A stretch of 64,000 bases of DNA from Kiritimatiellia bacterium. Lineage in GTDB: Bacteria; Verrucomicrobiota; Kiritimatiellia; RFP12; UBA1067. Positions 30,101-38,136 of the stretch are shown in pieces. The stretch covers positions 23,968 through 87,967 of the forward strand of contig JAFTCL010000029.1 in assembly GCA_017454745.1 (NCBI GenBank), read 5' to 3'. The position numbers and the translations under genes are program-made. Under the pieces are notes generated by a model. That model searched no databases. It was not told the origin of the DNA and worked only from the letters and a program-made list of their open reading frames with translations. Position 1 is the stretch's first letter. The number at the start of each line of letters is the position of its first letter.

Positions 30101-30885
30101 GGAACGTCGAACGTCAAATGGCTCTCGGGGCTAATCGTCACAAAGCCGATCATCGAATAGCCGTTGTTGCGCCTGACCATGGCCTGAATTTGCGTCCCCC
30201 CCGTTACGGCTTTTGTCCACGGCCCCCGCCATACTTCACTCGCGTACGGCCCGGTATATGTGTAGTTCATGTAAACCGTCCCGCCGACAGAAAAGTAAAT
30301 GTACTGTTCATAGGTACTGCTGCCGTACTTCTTCGTCTTGCAGGCGATGTAGATATTGCGCGACTTTGGCGGCGTGAAGTCCCACCAGAGAGCGTTACTT
30401 TTGCTCGAGGTTCCAACATTCCACCAGCCGCCTCCCGCGCTCCATGTCGCGCTGCCGTTGCCGGATGGGGTAAGCGGATTGATCAGGTTGCCCGCCGAGA
30501 AACGTCCGTTCACCGGCTTGTGGACTTTCAGGTCGTAACCCTGTAACGTGACCGCCTTGCCGTTCATATTAAAGTCAATTGCGCTCCAGTCGGTATCTGC
30601 CGTGAGCGTGATGTCGTTCTGCAACGCAACCGTTACGTCGTCGAAAGCGCCCGGATTATCCTCGGCGTATTGGACAAGCGACTGAAATTCTAAATCGCTC
30701 GCGAAAAGCACCGTACAGCCCCCAAGCCCGGTTTCCGGGGCTTCGACGGCGTTTTCGCATGAAATGTCATCGTAGTAAACGAAGTTTTGCCCGACCAATT
30801 TCGCGAAAAACGTGTCGGCCGCCGCATTAAACGAAACTATAGCCGCTGCCGTTGCGGCGGTAAATAATCCTGCTGTTCTGCGCAT
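27145..30885 (-). CDS. Large secreted beta-helix surface protein with autotransporter-associated (PATR-like) repeats. It is internally duplicated.
   Basis: 1246 aa with a signal peptide. Two homologous halves (FQSLVQYAEDNPGAFDDVTVALQNDITLTADTDWSAIDFNMNGKAVTL versus FQALAQHTDEIAAANAIVLLQNDITLSGDADWRAIDFDMNGKTIYL). KTGKGTLLL-type repeats. Ends 2 nt upstream of the C25 gene. Confidence 0.65.
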   Translation of the reverse strand: MRRTAGLFTAATAAAIVSFNAAADTFFAKLVGQNFVYYDDISCENAVEAPETGLGGCTVLFASDLEFQSLVQYAEDNPGAFDDVTVALQNDITLTADTDWSAIDFNMNGKAVTLQGYDLKVHKPVNGRFSAGNLINPLTPSGNGSATWSAGGGWWNVGTSSKSNALWWDFTPPKSRNIYIACKTKKYGSSTYEQYIYFSVGGTVYMNYTYTGPYASEVWRGPWTKAVTGGTQIQAMVRRNNGYSMIGFVTISPESHLTFDVPEGEEVDTSSLSFGGASTSTYEGDYGLGLEIHKTGKGTLLLNKAWTMATQADGAISLVVEEGLVMKAPGMTAGGQNSRIVVNDGAQFDVGGTDSSASYDFNIAGSGPDGLGAIVNNTEVPDVANAAFAVRNITFATNAVIGGSQPLNLKNGNWAATTTTLNSHTLTYSAPTVYAGNVTYSGAGNVVIPKGTDFSFYGHNSSAPDSDVTIFGRLTMDNGGFSTIKSLMFEEGAQLVLSDTAGSGSIPTTVITGKYKPAVLCEANGTCTLTTQPVQLCDATHLEAEFDLSQLSDVFDGSNTTFYAGSTITVNLGTREFAGSTLLVAWPEMSTATFVIDGANKDRLGLWAKPEGLYVLPGKVPSFVKYDIASDGWKFYDEELNPYVGEWTLGMDYMKVLFADNAEFQALAQHTDEIAAANAIVLLQNDITLSGDADWRAIDFDMNGKTIYLMGWNLKIHKPQGTGRITAGNLIANGGFENGSTGWAFGSGNETVTANGNGVTANTCKDKPFAGNHWCVIGSPNDTAGATTLFTVARTGVCYIRFRYAKYDSNYAEYGVDCGIDSANSVVKHLDVKPYPQGNSSPIYQKTLNAGTHSFIFGRYYAWILVDEATVSPESHLTIDVPEGEDCDISNIVLGSTQNYFFDGMGLRIHKTGKGVLTMSKVNTFGGNGITSMVVEDGLVKKASGATCGEAYSRIVVEEGAQFDLNGRTYHDYDYTISGTGPDDTGALISTAEINVATAYAQNTGTSFLRNVTLATNATVYAGGNMGMFFYNYSANTMTMGGNTVTYDGNGDARIFAGNMSYYGEGKIVIATNGWFQTHISKPSASNCVVEVYGRYWQNTGILSPVKSLTFHPGSKFRELNASPSPIVVFDSYTPPLESESEDGFNLRPLVQLGDENHLEPMLDLSQFTETFDESEGQTITFFEGATVTVDIGDRTEFTTSCLYKWAEKPEGVNFVNSAAMRRRGYFLMVRDDGIYFDSGTKFLIR

Positions 30886-31302
30886 TAGTTACTCCTTTCA
30901 TTTGACCAAAAGTATAATATAAATGCATAACACCGTCAATAACGATTATTATATGTTTTGTTTTTCTACGGGACACCAGCCTGCCTATAAGCAGATTTTT
31001 CCGTTCTCTGCCGGGATGCATTGTTCAATATATGGAAGTAAGGAGGCCTGCGTCAAGCATATATAACTTGAAACCGTTGTTTGTGTATGATCCAAGCGGA
31101 TCACGGGGTACTGCCACCCGTCGGTTCAAGCCGATCGGCCCGGCATCTTCAAGCCAGGCGGTAGGAGTCGTAAGTCGCTTGGGTCTGGATGTCTTATGTC
31201 CTAGGTCTGAAGTCCTATGACTAGATTAACTAGACCAACAAGATCGACTAGCGACTAAATAAACCGTCAAATCCCCAAAACAAATTTTTCTGTTTTTGCC
31301 GG

Positions 31303-31344
31303 TTGACATTTGGTGGGCGGTGTGATAAAATTAGACTTGTCTAA
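31303..31344 (+). promoter_or_regulatory. Near-consensus sigma70 promoter with an overlapping palindromic operator upstream of the OMP-feo locus.
   Basis: TTGACA (31303-31308), 17 nt, TAAAAT (31326-31331), immediately followed by the perfect palindrome TTAGAC-TT-GTCTAA (31331-31344). Confidence 0.5.
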
Positions 31345-31386
31345 TTTCAAAAGACGTGGAAGGTTCTTAAGAAAGGTTCAAATGGC

Positions 31387-32283
31387 ATGAATGCAAAGCT
31401 TATGATGGCGTTGGTCGCCAGTGCGATGGCTTTTGGCGCGTTCGCGCAGGAAGCCAAGGCTCCGCAGGGAGTCAAAGAGAAAGAGGATGATTCTTTCATC
31501 TCGACTGAATTCGGTTTGGGTTTCGATTCCAAATTCATGAGTTACGGTCTCGTTGACAACAACGACCCGATCGTCACTCCGTCTGCATCGATGACGCTCT
31601 GGGAGCATTTCACGTTCAGCGTTGAGGCGTTGTTCGACACGACCAAATACGGCCGTGAGCGTCGCGGCGGTTACGGTAACCGCGCCGGTAAGTATTTTGA
31701 GCTGGATCCGGGTGCTTCAATCGACTGGTCTTTCTCGAAAGACGATTACGACTGGCTGCCCACTAAGTTCGACGTTTCGCTCGGATACGGTTACGAGTAC
31801 CATCCGCGCTCCATGGGCGGCGGAACCGGCGAACCCGGCGATGACACCCAGTTCATCACGCTCGACATCGAGTGCCCGGACCTTTGGCTGGAGCCGACGC
31901 TGAGTTTCGAGCGCGACATTGATCGTGACAACGGCACCTACGTCAATTTGGAGATCGGCCACACCATCGGTTTGGTCGGCGATGACGACGACCCCACGTT
32001 GGCGCTCAAGCCCTCGATCGCGCAGGGCATCGGCAACACGCAGCGTACCCGCGGTTACGGCATCGCGGAAGATCACGGCGGATTTATGGACACCACGCTC
32101 AAAGTCGAGCTGACTTGGAAGATCAAGGAATTTCTTGAACTTTCCGGTTATGTGGCCTACTACGACTACATCTTCGACTCCACCCTACGCGAAGGCGCCC
32201 GGGAATACACCGGCAAGTCCAAGCGCGGCAGCGATGAGAGTTACCACTTTGTTGGTGGCGTGGCGTTGAAGGCGAGCTTCTAA
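31387..32283 (+). CDS. Putative outer-membrane beta-barrel (porin-like) protein.
   Basis: Signal peptide MNAKLMMALVASAMAFGAFAQEA. Alternating amphipathic beta-strand patterns, Gly/Asp-rich loops, C-terminal aromatic residue (…VALKASF). Confidence 0.45.
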   Translation: MNAKLMMALVASAMAFGAFAQEAKAPQGVKEKEDDSFISTEFGLGFDSKFMSYGLVDNNDPIVTPSASMTLWEHFTFSVEALFDTTKYGRERRGGYGNRAGKYFELDPGASIDWSFSKDDYDWLPTKFDVSLGYGYEYHPRSMGGGTGEPGDDTQFITLDIECPDLWLEPTLSFERDIDRDNGTYVNLEIGHTIGLVGDDDDPTLALKPSIAQGIGNTQRTRGYGIAEDHGGFMDTTLKVELTWKIKEFLELSGYVAYYDYIFDSTLREGAREYTGKSKRGSDESYHFVGGVALKASF

Positions 32284-32299
32284 CCTTTCTGTTCTGATA

Positions 32300-32334
32300 G
32301 CGGGCGGAGGGCCTTTGGGTGCCCTCCTGCCCGC
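32300..32334 (+). terminator. GC-rich hairpin downstream of the OMP gene (terminator or attenuator).
   Basis: GCGGGCGGAGGGC, 9-nt loop, CCCTCCTGCCCGC. No immediate T-run, although a T9 tract lies about 55 nt downstream. Confidence 0.35.
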
Positions 32335-32442
32335 ACTATGGAAGAATTCGCGGTCTCAGGAGTGAGCCGCGGTGAGTAGGGGAAAGAAGCGATTTTTTTT
32401 TGCACTCATTGTTAGTTTGGGCTAACTTTTGTCTGGCCGCCG

Positions 32443-32685
32443 ATGGCGGAAGGAGTGATGAAGATGCCTCTGGCATTAATTAGGGAAGGCGATCGGGCTA
32501 GGGTAAAAGCCATCACCGGTTCGGATGCGGTGAGGAAGCACCTCGGCTCGCTGGGGTTTGTGTCTGGCGCGTTGATTACGGTGATCCAGATTTCGGCAGG
32601 AAACATGATACTCGGCATTCACGACAGCCGCGTCGCGCTCAACCGCGACACTGCGGCCCGGGTGATGGTGGATCCGGTGGTTTGA
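32443..32685 (+). CDS. feoA: Ferrous iron transport protein A (FeoA domain).
   Basis: 80-aa SH3-like FeoA sequence (ARVKAITGSDAVRKHLGSLGFVSGALITV). The start may be MKMP at 32461. Confidence 0.75.
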   Translation: MAEGVMKMPLALIREGDRARVKAITGSDAVRKHLGSLGFVSGALITVIQISAGNMILGIHDSRVALNRDTAARVMVDPVV

Positions 32686-32701
32686 TCGAATTGGAAAGGA
32701 A

Positions 32702-32932
32702 TTGATCGTTATGAAAACGTTGAATGAGGTTGAGGTCGGTAAATCCGTCAAGGTGGTGCGGCTTACCGGCGAGGGCGCGGTCAAACGCAGGATTATGGAT
32801 ATGGGACTGACCCGCGGAACCGAGGTGACGGTCCGGAAGGTTGCCCCGCTCGGCGACCCGATTGAGCTTACGGTGCGCGGCTACGAGCTGTCGATCCGCA
32901 AGGACGAGGCCGCCAAGATAGAGGTCGAATAA
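32702..32932 (+). CDS. feoA: Second FeoA-domain protein.
   Basis: 76 aa: VKVVRLTGEGAVKRRIMDMGLTRGTEVTVRKVAPLGDPIEL. Confidence 0.75.
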   Translation: MIVMKTLNEVEVGKSVKVVRLTGEGAVKRRIMDMGLTRGTEVTVRKVAPLGDPIELTVRGYELSIRKDEAAKIEVE

Positions 32933-32961
32933 CCAGAGTAGTTTACGGAGAAGAAACAGCC

Positions 32962-35598
32962 ATGACTATCAAAATTGCCCTTGCGGGCAACCCAAATTCC
33001 GGGAAAACCACATTGTTCAATGCGTTGACCGGATCCAACCAGTATGTCGGCAACTGGCCCGGTGTGACCGTAGAGAAGAAAGACGGCCGTCTGAAAGACC
33101 GGAAAGACGTGATAATTCAGGACCTTCCCGGCATTTATTCGCTATCTCCATATTCGCTTGAAGAGGTGGTGGCGCGTACCTATCTAGTTGACGAGAAGCC
33201 GAACGCGATTTTGAACATTGTCGATGGCACGAACATCGAGCGCAATCTTTACCTGTCCACCCAGCTGTCCGAGTTGGGCATCCCGATGGTGATGGCCGTA
33301 AACATGATGGATGTCGTGGATAAGCGCGGGGACAAAATAGATTTCGCCAGGATCGGGAAATCGCTCGGTTGCCAGGTCATCGGCATCAGCGCCGCCATGG
33401 GGAAGGGGTGCGACGAAGTGGCGGCTGCCGCCATCGCCGCCGCCGACAAGAAGACCGGCGAGGCCCCGCACGTGTTTACCGGATCGGTTGAACACGCCAT
33501 CGCCCACATCGAAGAATCGCTGCAGGGCAAGGTGTTCGACTCCGCGATCCGCTATTTCGCAATCAAGGTGTTTGAGCGCGACCAGAAAATTATCGATTCG
33601 ATTGGCCTTGATGCCGACACGCTTGAACACATCGAGGAGCACATTAAGGACTGCGAGAAAGAGTTGGACGATGACTCGGAATCGATCATCACCAACCAGC
33701 GTTACGAGTTCATCAAGAACTTGATGGACAAGTCGCTTACCAAGAGCGAAAAACGCCGGGGCCGTGTCACTCTGTCGGACAAGATCGACCGCATTGTCAC
33801 GAACCGTATTTTGGCGCTCCCGATTTTTATCCTTTCGCTCTGTATCATGTGGTGGCTTGCGGTCGCGGAGAATGGCCCGGGCACGATTCTAACCGATTGG
33901 GCCAATGACGGCTTCCTTGGCGACGGTTGGCACCTGCCGTTCACTACCCACGAATGTAAAGCGGACGGCAAGTACAAGGGCATGGAGTTTGAAGAAGCGC
34001 AGGGCGAGTTCGCCAAGCAGGAAGCCTCGGTGTCCGCTTGGCAGGATGCCTACAAAGAGGCGTATAACGCCAAAAACGGAGAGGATTCTTACGACAAGGC
34101 GCTCGAAGCGTTCAACGAGAAGGCGAAGGCTGACTTCAAGCCGGAAAACAATGATGACGGGTTTGAAGCGTCCGAGTTCGAAGTGCTTGACGAGTCAATC
34201 GCCGCATCGGTGGTAGCGAAGGGTGTTTTCGTCGAAGACGAAGAAACCGGAGAACCGGTGGCGAAAGAGTGCGATTGCGAGAAATGCGCCAAGGGCGGCG
34301 AGGAATGTGATGGTTGCGGCTGCGGTTGCGGCGAGCCAGACCTTTGGGATGTCGATTACGCGGCATATAAGGCGGCAAGCGAGTGGGAGGAGCCGGATCC
34401 GTCTAAATTCGGCGTGTGGGTGCCGGGAATCGGCGCTTTAATCGGCGAAGCCCTTGAAAAGGCCGGCGTTAGTGATACGGTGGCGAGTTTGGTCAACGAT
34501 GGCGCCTGGGGTGGCGTTGCAACGGTGCTTGGCTTCGTTCCGGTCATTTTTATCGTGTTCTTGTTCCTCGCCTTTCTTGAGGATTGCGGATACATGGCGC
34601 GCGTTGCGTTTATCATGGACCGCCTATTCCGGAAATTCGGTCTGTCCGGAAAGTCTTTCATCCCGATGATCGTCGGCAAGGGTTGCGGGGTCCCGGCGGT
34701 GATGGCCGCCCGTACCATTGAGAACGAACGCGACCGGCGCATGACGATCATTCTCGCCACGTTCATACCGTGCGGCGCGAAGACGGTGATTATCGCCATG
34801 TTCTCCGCGCTGTTCTTCCGCGAGCAGTGGTACATCGCCGCGCTCATGGATGTAGTCGGTATCGCAATCATCGTCCTTGGCGGTATCGCGCTCAAGAAAA
34901 CGCGCGCTTTCGCCGGAGAGGCGGCTCCGTTTGTAATGGAGCTTCCCGCGTACCACATGCCGACAGTCGGCGGCATCTGGCACCACACATGGAACCGCCT
35001 GAAGGCCTATATGCTAAAGGCCGGCCTCATCATCTTCCCGGCGTGCGTGTTTCTGTGGTTTATCATGCACTTCGACTGGTCGTTCACGCTCCTGACGGAT
35101 GAAGAAATCGAGCGGTCGATCCTGCACGACATGGGCAGCTGGATCGCGTGGATCTTCGCTCCGCTCGGCTTTGGCACCTGGCAGGGTGCTGCGGCGTCCG
35201 TCTCGGCGGAAATCGCAAAAGAGCAGGCGACTGCAACCTTGGGGCTGGTTGCGGCAAACATGGAAGGTGTCTCCACGGCGGCGCGGATCCAGAACCTGTT
35301 CGCGTCGATGAGCAGCTTCCCGAAACTTGCGGCGCTTTCGTTCATGCTCTTCAACCTCTTCGTTCCGCCGTGCATGGTCGCGATCGCGGTCACTTTCCGC
35401 GAGATGGGGTCGAAGGCGTGGGGCTGGTTCGCGGTCGGTTTCCAGCTGTTTGTCGGCTACGCGCTCGCCTTGAGCGTCTATCAGATCGGCATGCTTTCCG
35501 CCGCCGGCGGATTCGGCTTCTGGACCGTAGTCGCCATTCTCGTCGATCTGTTCTGCCTGTGGGCGATTTTCCGTCCGGCGTCGAAAGGAGCGGAATAG
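32962..35598 (+). CDS. feoB: Ferrous iron transporter FeoB with an unusual acidic, Cys-rich insertion between transmembrane helices.
   Basis: G-domain IALAGNPNSGKTTLFNALTG and DLPGIYSL. FeoB membrane core including gate motifs. 878 aa against a typical 700-780 aa. About 200-aa Asp/Glu-rich loop containing CDCEKCAKGGEECDGCGCGCGE. Confidence 0.9.
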   Translation: MTIKIALAGNPNSGKTTLFNALTGSNQYVGNWPGVTVEKKDGRLKDRKDVIIQDLPGIYSLSPYSLEEVVARTYLVDEKPNAILNIVDGTNIERNLYLSTQLSELGIPMVMAVNMMDVVDKRGDKIDFARIGKSLGCQVIGISAAMGKGCDEVAAAAIAAADKKTGEAPHVFTGSVEHAIAHIEESLQGKVFDSAIRYFAIKVFERDQKIIDSIGLDADTLEHIEEHIKDCEKELDDDSESIITNQRYEFIKNLMDKSLTKSEKRRGRVTLSDKIDRIVTNRILALPIFILSLCIMWWLAVAENGPGTILTDWANDGFLGDGWHLPFTTHECKADGKYKGMEFEEAQGEFAKQEASVSAWQDAYKEAYNAKNGEDSYDKALEAFNEKAKADFKPENNDDGFEASEFEVLDESIAASVVAKGVFVEDEETGEPVAKECDCEKCAKGGEECDGCGCGCGEPDLWDVDYAAYKAASEWEEPDPSKFGVWVPGIGALIGEALEKAGVSDTVASLVNDGAWGGVATVLGFVPVIFIVFLFLAFLEDCGYMARVAFIMDRLFRKFGLSGKSFIPMIVGKGCGVPAVMAARTIENERDRRMTIILATFIPCGAKTVIIAMFSALFFREQWYIAALMDVVGIAIIVLGGIALKKTRAFAGEAAPFVMELPAYHMPTVGGIWHHTWNRLKAYMLKAGLIIFPACVFLWFIMHFDWSFTLLTDEEIERSILHDMGSWIAWIFAPLGFGTWQGAAASVSAEIAKEQATATLGLVAANMEGVSTAARIQNLFASMSSFPKLAALSFMLFNLFVPPCMVAIAVTFREMGSKAWGWFAVGFQLFVGYALALSVYQIGMLSAAGGFGFWTVVAILVDLFCLWAIFRPASKGAE

Positions 35599-35599
35599 C

Positions 35600-35767
35600 A
35601 TGAATCTGGCATCCGTTCTGGTTATCGCGTTGATTGTCGCGTTTGCCGCGCTGTCGGTGTGGCGCTGTCTTAAAAAAGGCGCGCCCTGTTCCTGCGGATG
35701 CGACGGGGAAGAGTGCGCCTGCTGCCACGGCGGTAAAGGATGTTCCTGCCACGGCGATGATAAATAG
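35600..35767 (+). CDS. FeoB-associated Cys-rich small membrane protein (55 aa). It is not in the supplied ORF track.
   Basis: ATG 2 nt after the feoB stop. Translation MNLASVLVIALIVAFAALSVWRCLKKGAPCSCGCDGEECACCHGGKGCSCHGDDK: one TM helix followed by a Cys/His-rich tail. Confidence 0.65.
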   Translation: MNLASVLVIALIVAFAALSVWRCLKKGAPCSCGCDGEECACCHGGKGCSCHGDDK

Positions 35768-35789
35768 TTGGACTATGAGATAGACCGTG

Positions 35790-35925
35790 TGGAATGTTGC
35801 CAGTGTTACCAGTGTTGCCAGTTGCCAACGCCAATGTTGCCAATTTTGGGATTGGTAATTGGTACTGGCAACATTTTCACATTGGCAATATTTTCACATT
35901 GGCAACATTTCCGCACCGCCGCAGT
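35790..35925. repeat. Dyad array of TTGCCA/TGGCAA heptamer-like half-sites.
   Basis: Left half carries about four GTTGCCA(G/A) units; right half carries the reverse complement TGGCAAC three times, including a tandem 17-bp repeat (C/T)ATTTTCACATTGGCAA twice. Confidence 0.6.
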
Positions 35926-36105
35926 TATTTTAAAATCTGTTTGCCTTTTTGCCGGATAAATGCTAAATTAATTTTGTCAGCCTAAAGGCGTGGTGTGTTT
36001 TTTGCTTGTCTGGCGTATGTGCCGGACGCGGCGGGCGTTTCATTCCGTCGTGATAATGAAGACGGGATTTTGGCGGCGGTTTCGCGATAAAAGAAAGGAA
36101 AAAGT

Positions 36106-36924
36106 ATGGATAGGAGAAGTTTTTTGGGTGAATTTTTAGGAACGTTTATTTTGACGCTTTTTGGCTGTTCCTCTGTGGCTTGCGCCGTGCTTTTCGGCGA
36201 GTACGGCAGTATCTTCCAGATCGGTTTGGTGTGGGGATTAGGCGTGTCGCTGGCGGTTTACATGACGCGTTACCTTTCCTGCGCGCATCTCAATCCGGCG
36301 GTTTCGGTGGCGATGGTGCTGGCGGGCCGGATGAAGGCGAAAAAGCTTCCGTGTTATTTGGTGGCGCAGCTCTTGGGCGCGTTGGTGGCGGGACTCGCGC
36401 TTTACGGGCTTTTCTCGGCTTCGATCGCGCATTACGAGCAGATTCACAATATAGTGCGCGGGACGGCGGCCAGCGTGGATACGGCGCGAATGTTCGGCGA
36501 GTTCTATCCCAATCCCGGCGATTCGGCGGCGGTTGTATCGATGCCGCTGGCCATCGCTGCCGAGGCGTTCGGAACTTTCCTGCTGGTGCTGATCATCTTC
36601 TTCCTGACGGAAGGTTGCAACGTGGGCCGGCCGAGCGAGCCGTTGCAGCCGCTATTCGTCGGGTTGACGGTCGCCTCGATTATCTTCTTCATCGCGCCGT
36701 TGACGCAGGCCGGCCTCAATCCCGCCCGCGACTTCGGACCGCGCGCGGTGGCGTATTTTTGCGGCTGGGGCAAAGCGGCTTTACCGGATACCGTCGGCGG
36801 CTGGTTCTGGGTTTATGTGCTGGGACCGATCGGCGGCGGTGTGGTGGCTGCCGGAGTCTTCCGGTTTATTGTCGAGCCGGTGTTGGTCGCGAAGAACAAA
36901 GCGGACGGATGCTGCTGCAAATAG
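36106..36924 (+). CDS. MIP-family aquaporin / glycerol-uptake-facilitator-like channel.
   Basis: Two NPA motifs (HLNPAVS and LNPARDFGPR). Six hydrophobic helices. C-terminal Cys-rich tail KADGCCCK. Confidence 0.85.
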   Translation: MDRRSFLGEFLGTFILTLFGCSSVACAVLFGEYGSIFQIGLVWGLGVSLAVYMTRYLSCAHLNPAVSVAMVLAGRMKAKKLPCYLVAQLLGALVAGLALYGLFSASIAHYEQIHNIVRGTAASVDTARMFGEFYPNPGDSAAVVSMPLAIAAEAFGTFLLVLIIFFLTEGCNVGRPSEPLQPLFVGLTVASIIFFIAPLTQAGLNPARDFGPRAVAYFCGWGKAALPDTVGGWFWVYVLGPIGGGVVAAGVFRFIVEPVLVAKNKADGCCCK

Positions 36925-36989
36925 CGGCCGTTTACCGTCGGGTTTTTCAGTAAGGTTTCGGGGGGTGGAAATAAAGAAAGGACAAACGG

Positions 36990-38084
36990 ATGAATCAAAC
37001 GCAGCTTATTTTAGTCGGCGGATTTCTTGGCGCGGGTAAGACCACGCTGATCGAGCGCGTGGCGCGGCGGTTGGCGGAACAGGGAAAGCGCATCGGGTTG
37101 ATCACCAATGACCAGGCGACCGGACTTGTCGACAGCCAGTTGCTCCGGCAGGGGGCTTGGACGGTGGCCGAGGTCGCCGGAAGTTGTTTCTGCTGTAATT
37201 TCAACGGTTTCATCGACGCGGTAAAGAAAGTGGGGGGTGAGAATCGGGCGGATGTCATCTTGGCGGAACCGGTGGGCAGCTGCGCCGATCTTTCGGCGAC
37301 GATTCTCCAGCCGCTGAAACAGTATTGGAAGAGTGAGGTGCGGGTGTCACCTTTTACGGTGTTGGCCGATCCCGCGCGGCTTGCGGCGATCCTGAAGGGT
37401 GAAAACGGCGGACTGCACGAGGACGCGGCATATATTTATCGTAAACAGCTGGAGGAGAGCGACCTTATTCTCATCACGAAAATCGACACCCTTACGCCCG
37501 AGGCATTGGAAAACCTGAAGGCGGTGACCGTTGCGGCCTTTCCGGCGAGCCGGGTAATGGCCGTCAGCGCGCTTCAGAATGTGGGGATTGACGCTTGGTT
37601 GGACGATCTCGCGGAACATACCGATGCGGGAACGCGGCTACTGATGATTGATTACGACCGTTACGCGCACGGCGAGGCGGTCCTGGGATGGTTGAACGGC
37701 GCCATCCGTCTGCAGGGCGCGGAATGCGATGGAAACGCGTTGCTGGCCGAGCTGATGAACGCGCTTCAGGACCGCATTGCGGCGGGGAATTTCCGTGTCG
37801 GCCATGTGAAGGCGATTGTCGAAAACGGCGTTCAGTATGCAGTCGGGAATATCACGGGAACCATCGGGGCGCTCACCTTCCGCGGGGATGCAGGGACGGG
37901 TGACGACCTGCGCTTGACGATCAACGCCCGGGTAGAGTGTTCGCCCGAACGGCTCGACGAGTTGGTTCGCAGTGCGCTGGACGCGGCCATCGCCGACAAG
38001 CACGCTTTCGATATCCTCGAATGGCGTTATCTGCAACCCGGACGCCCCAATCCCACTTACCGTTTCGATCAGGTCGTGGGTTGA
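36990..38084 (+). CDS. COG0523 (CobW/ZigA/YeiR-like) G3E-family P-loop GTPase, a putative metallochaperone.
   Basis: Walker A LVGGFLGAGKTTL. Metal-binding GSCFCC (GCxCC) motif. LITKID G4-like motif. Confidence 0.8.
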   Translation: MNQTQLILVGGFLGAGKTTLIERVARRLAEQGKRIGLITNDQATGLVDSQLLRQGAWTVAEVAGSCFCCNFNGFIDAVKKVGGENRADVILAEPVGSCADLSATILQPLKQYWKSEVRVSPFTVLADPARLAAILKGENGGLHEDAAYIYRKQLEESDLILITKIDTLTPEALENLKAVTVAAFPASRVMAVSALQNVGIDAWLDDLAEHTDAGTRLLMIDYDRYAHGEAVLGWLNGAIRLQGAECDGNALLAELMNALQDRIAAGNFRVGHVKAIVENGVQYAVGNITGTIGALTFRGDAGTGDDLRLTINARVECSPERLDELVRSALDAAIADKHAFDILEWRYLQPGRPNPTYRFDQVVG

Positions 38085-38136
38085 AAAGTGCCAAGAACGA
38101 GGCATATATGCCGCATAAATAGGAGGACTAGACACA

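Noticed and set aside
31095-31175. Possible tRNA, because of a GGTTCAAGCC T-loop-like string.
   Set aside because: The flanking sequence cannot form a T-stem, acceptor stem or anticodon arm, so there is no cloverleaf.
35768-35959. 63-aa ORF with a CCQCYQCCQ Cys-rich N-terminus directly after the Cys-rich Feo peptide.
   Set aside because: Its codons are generated by the GTTGCCAGTG repeat array. There is no RBS, and the reading frame simply reads through the repeats, so it is most likely non-coding.
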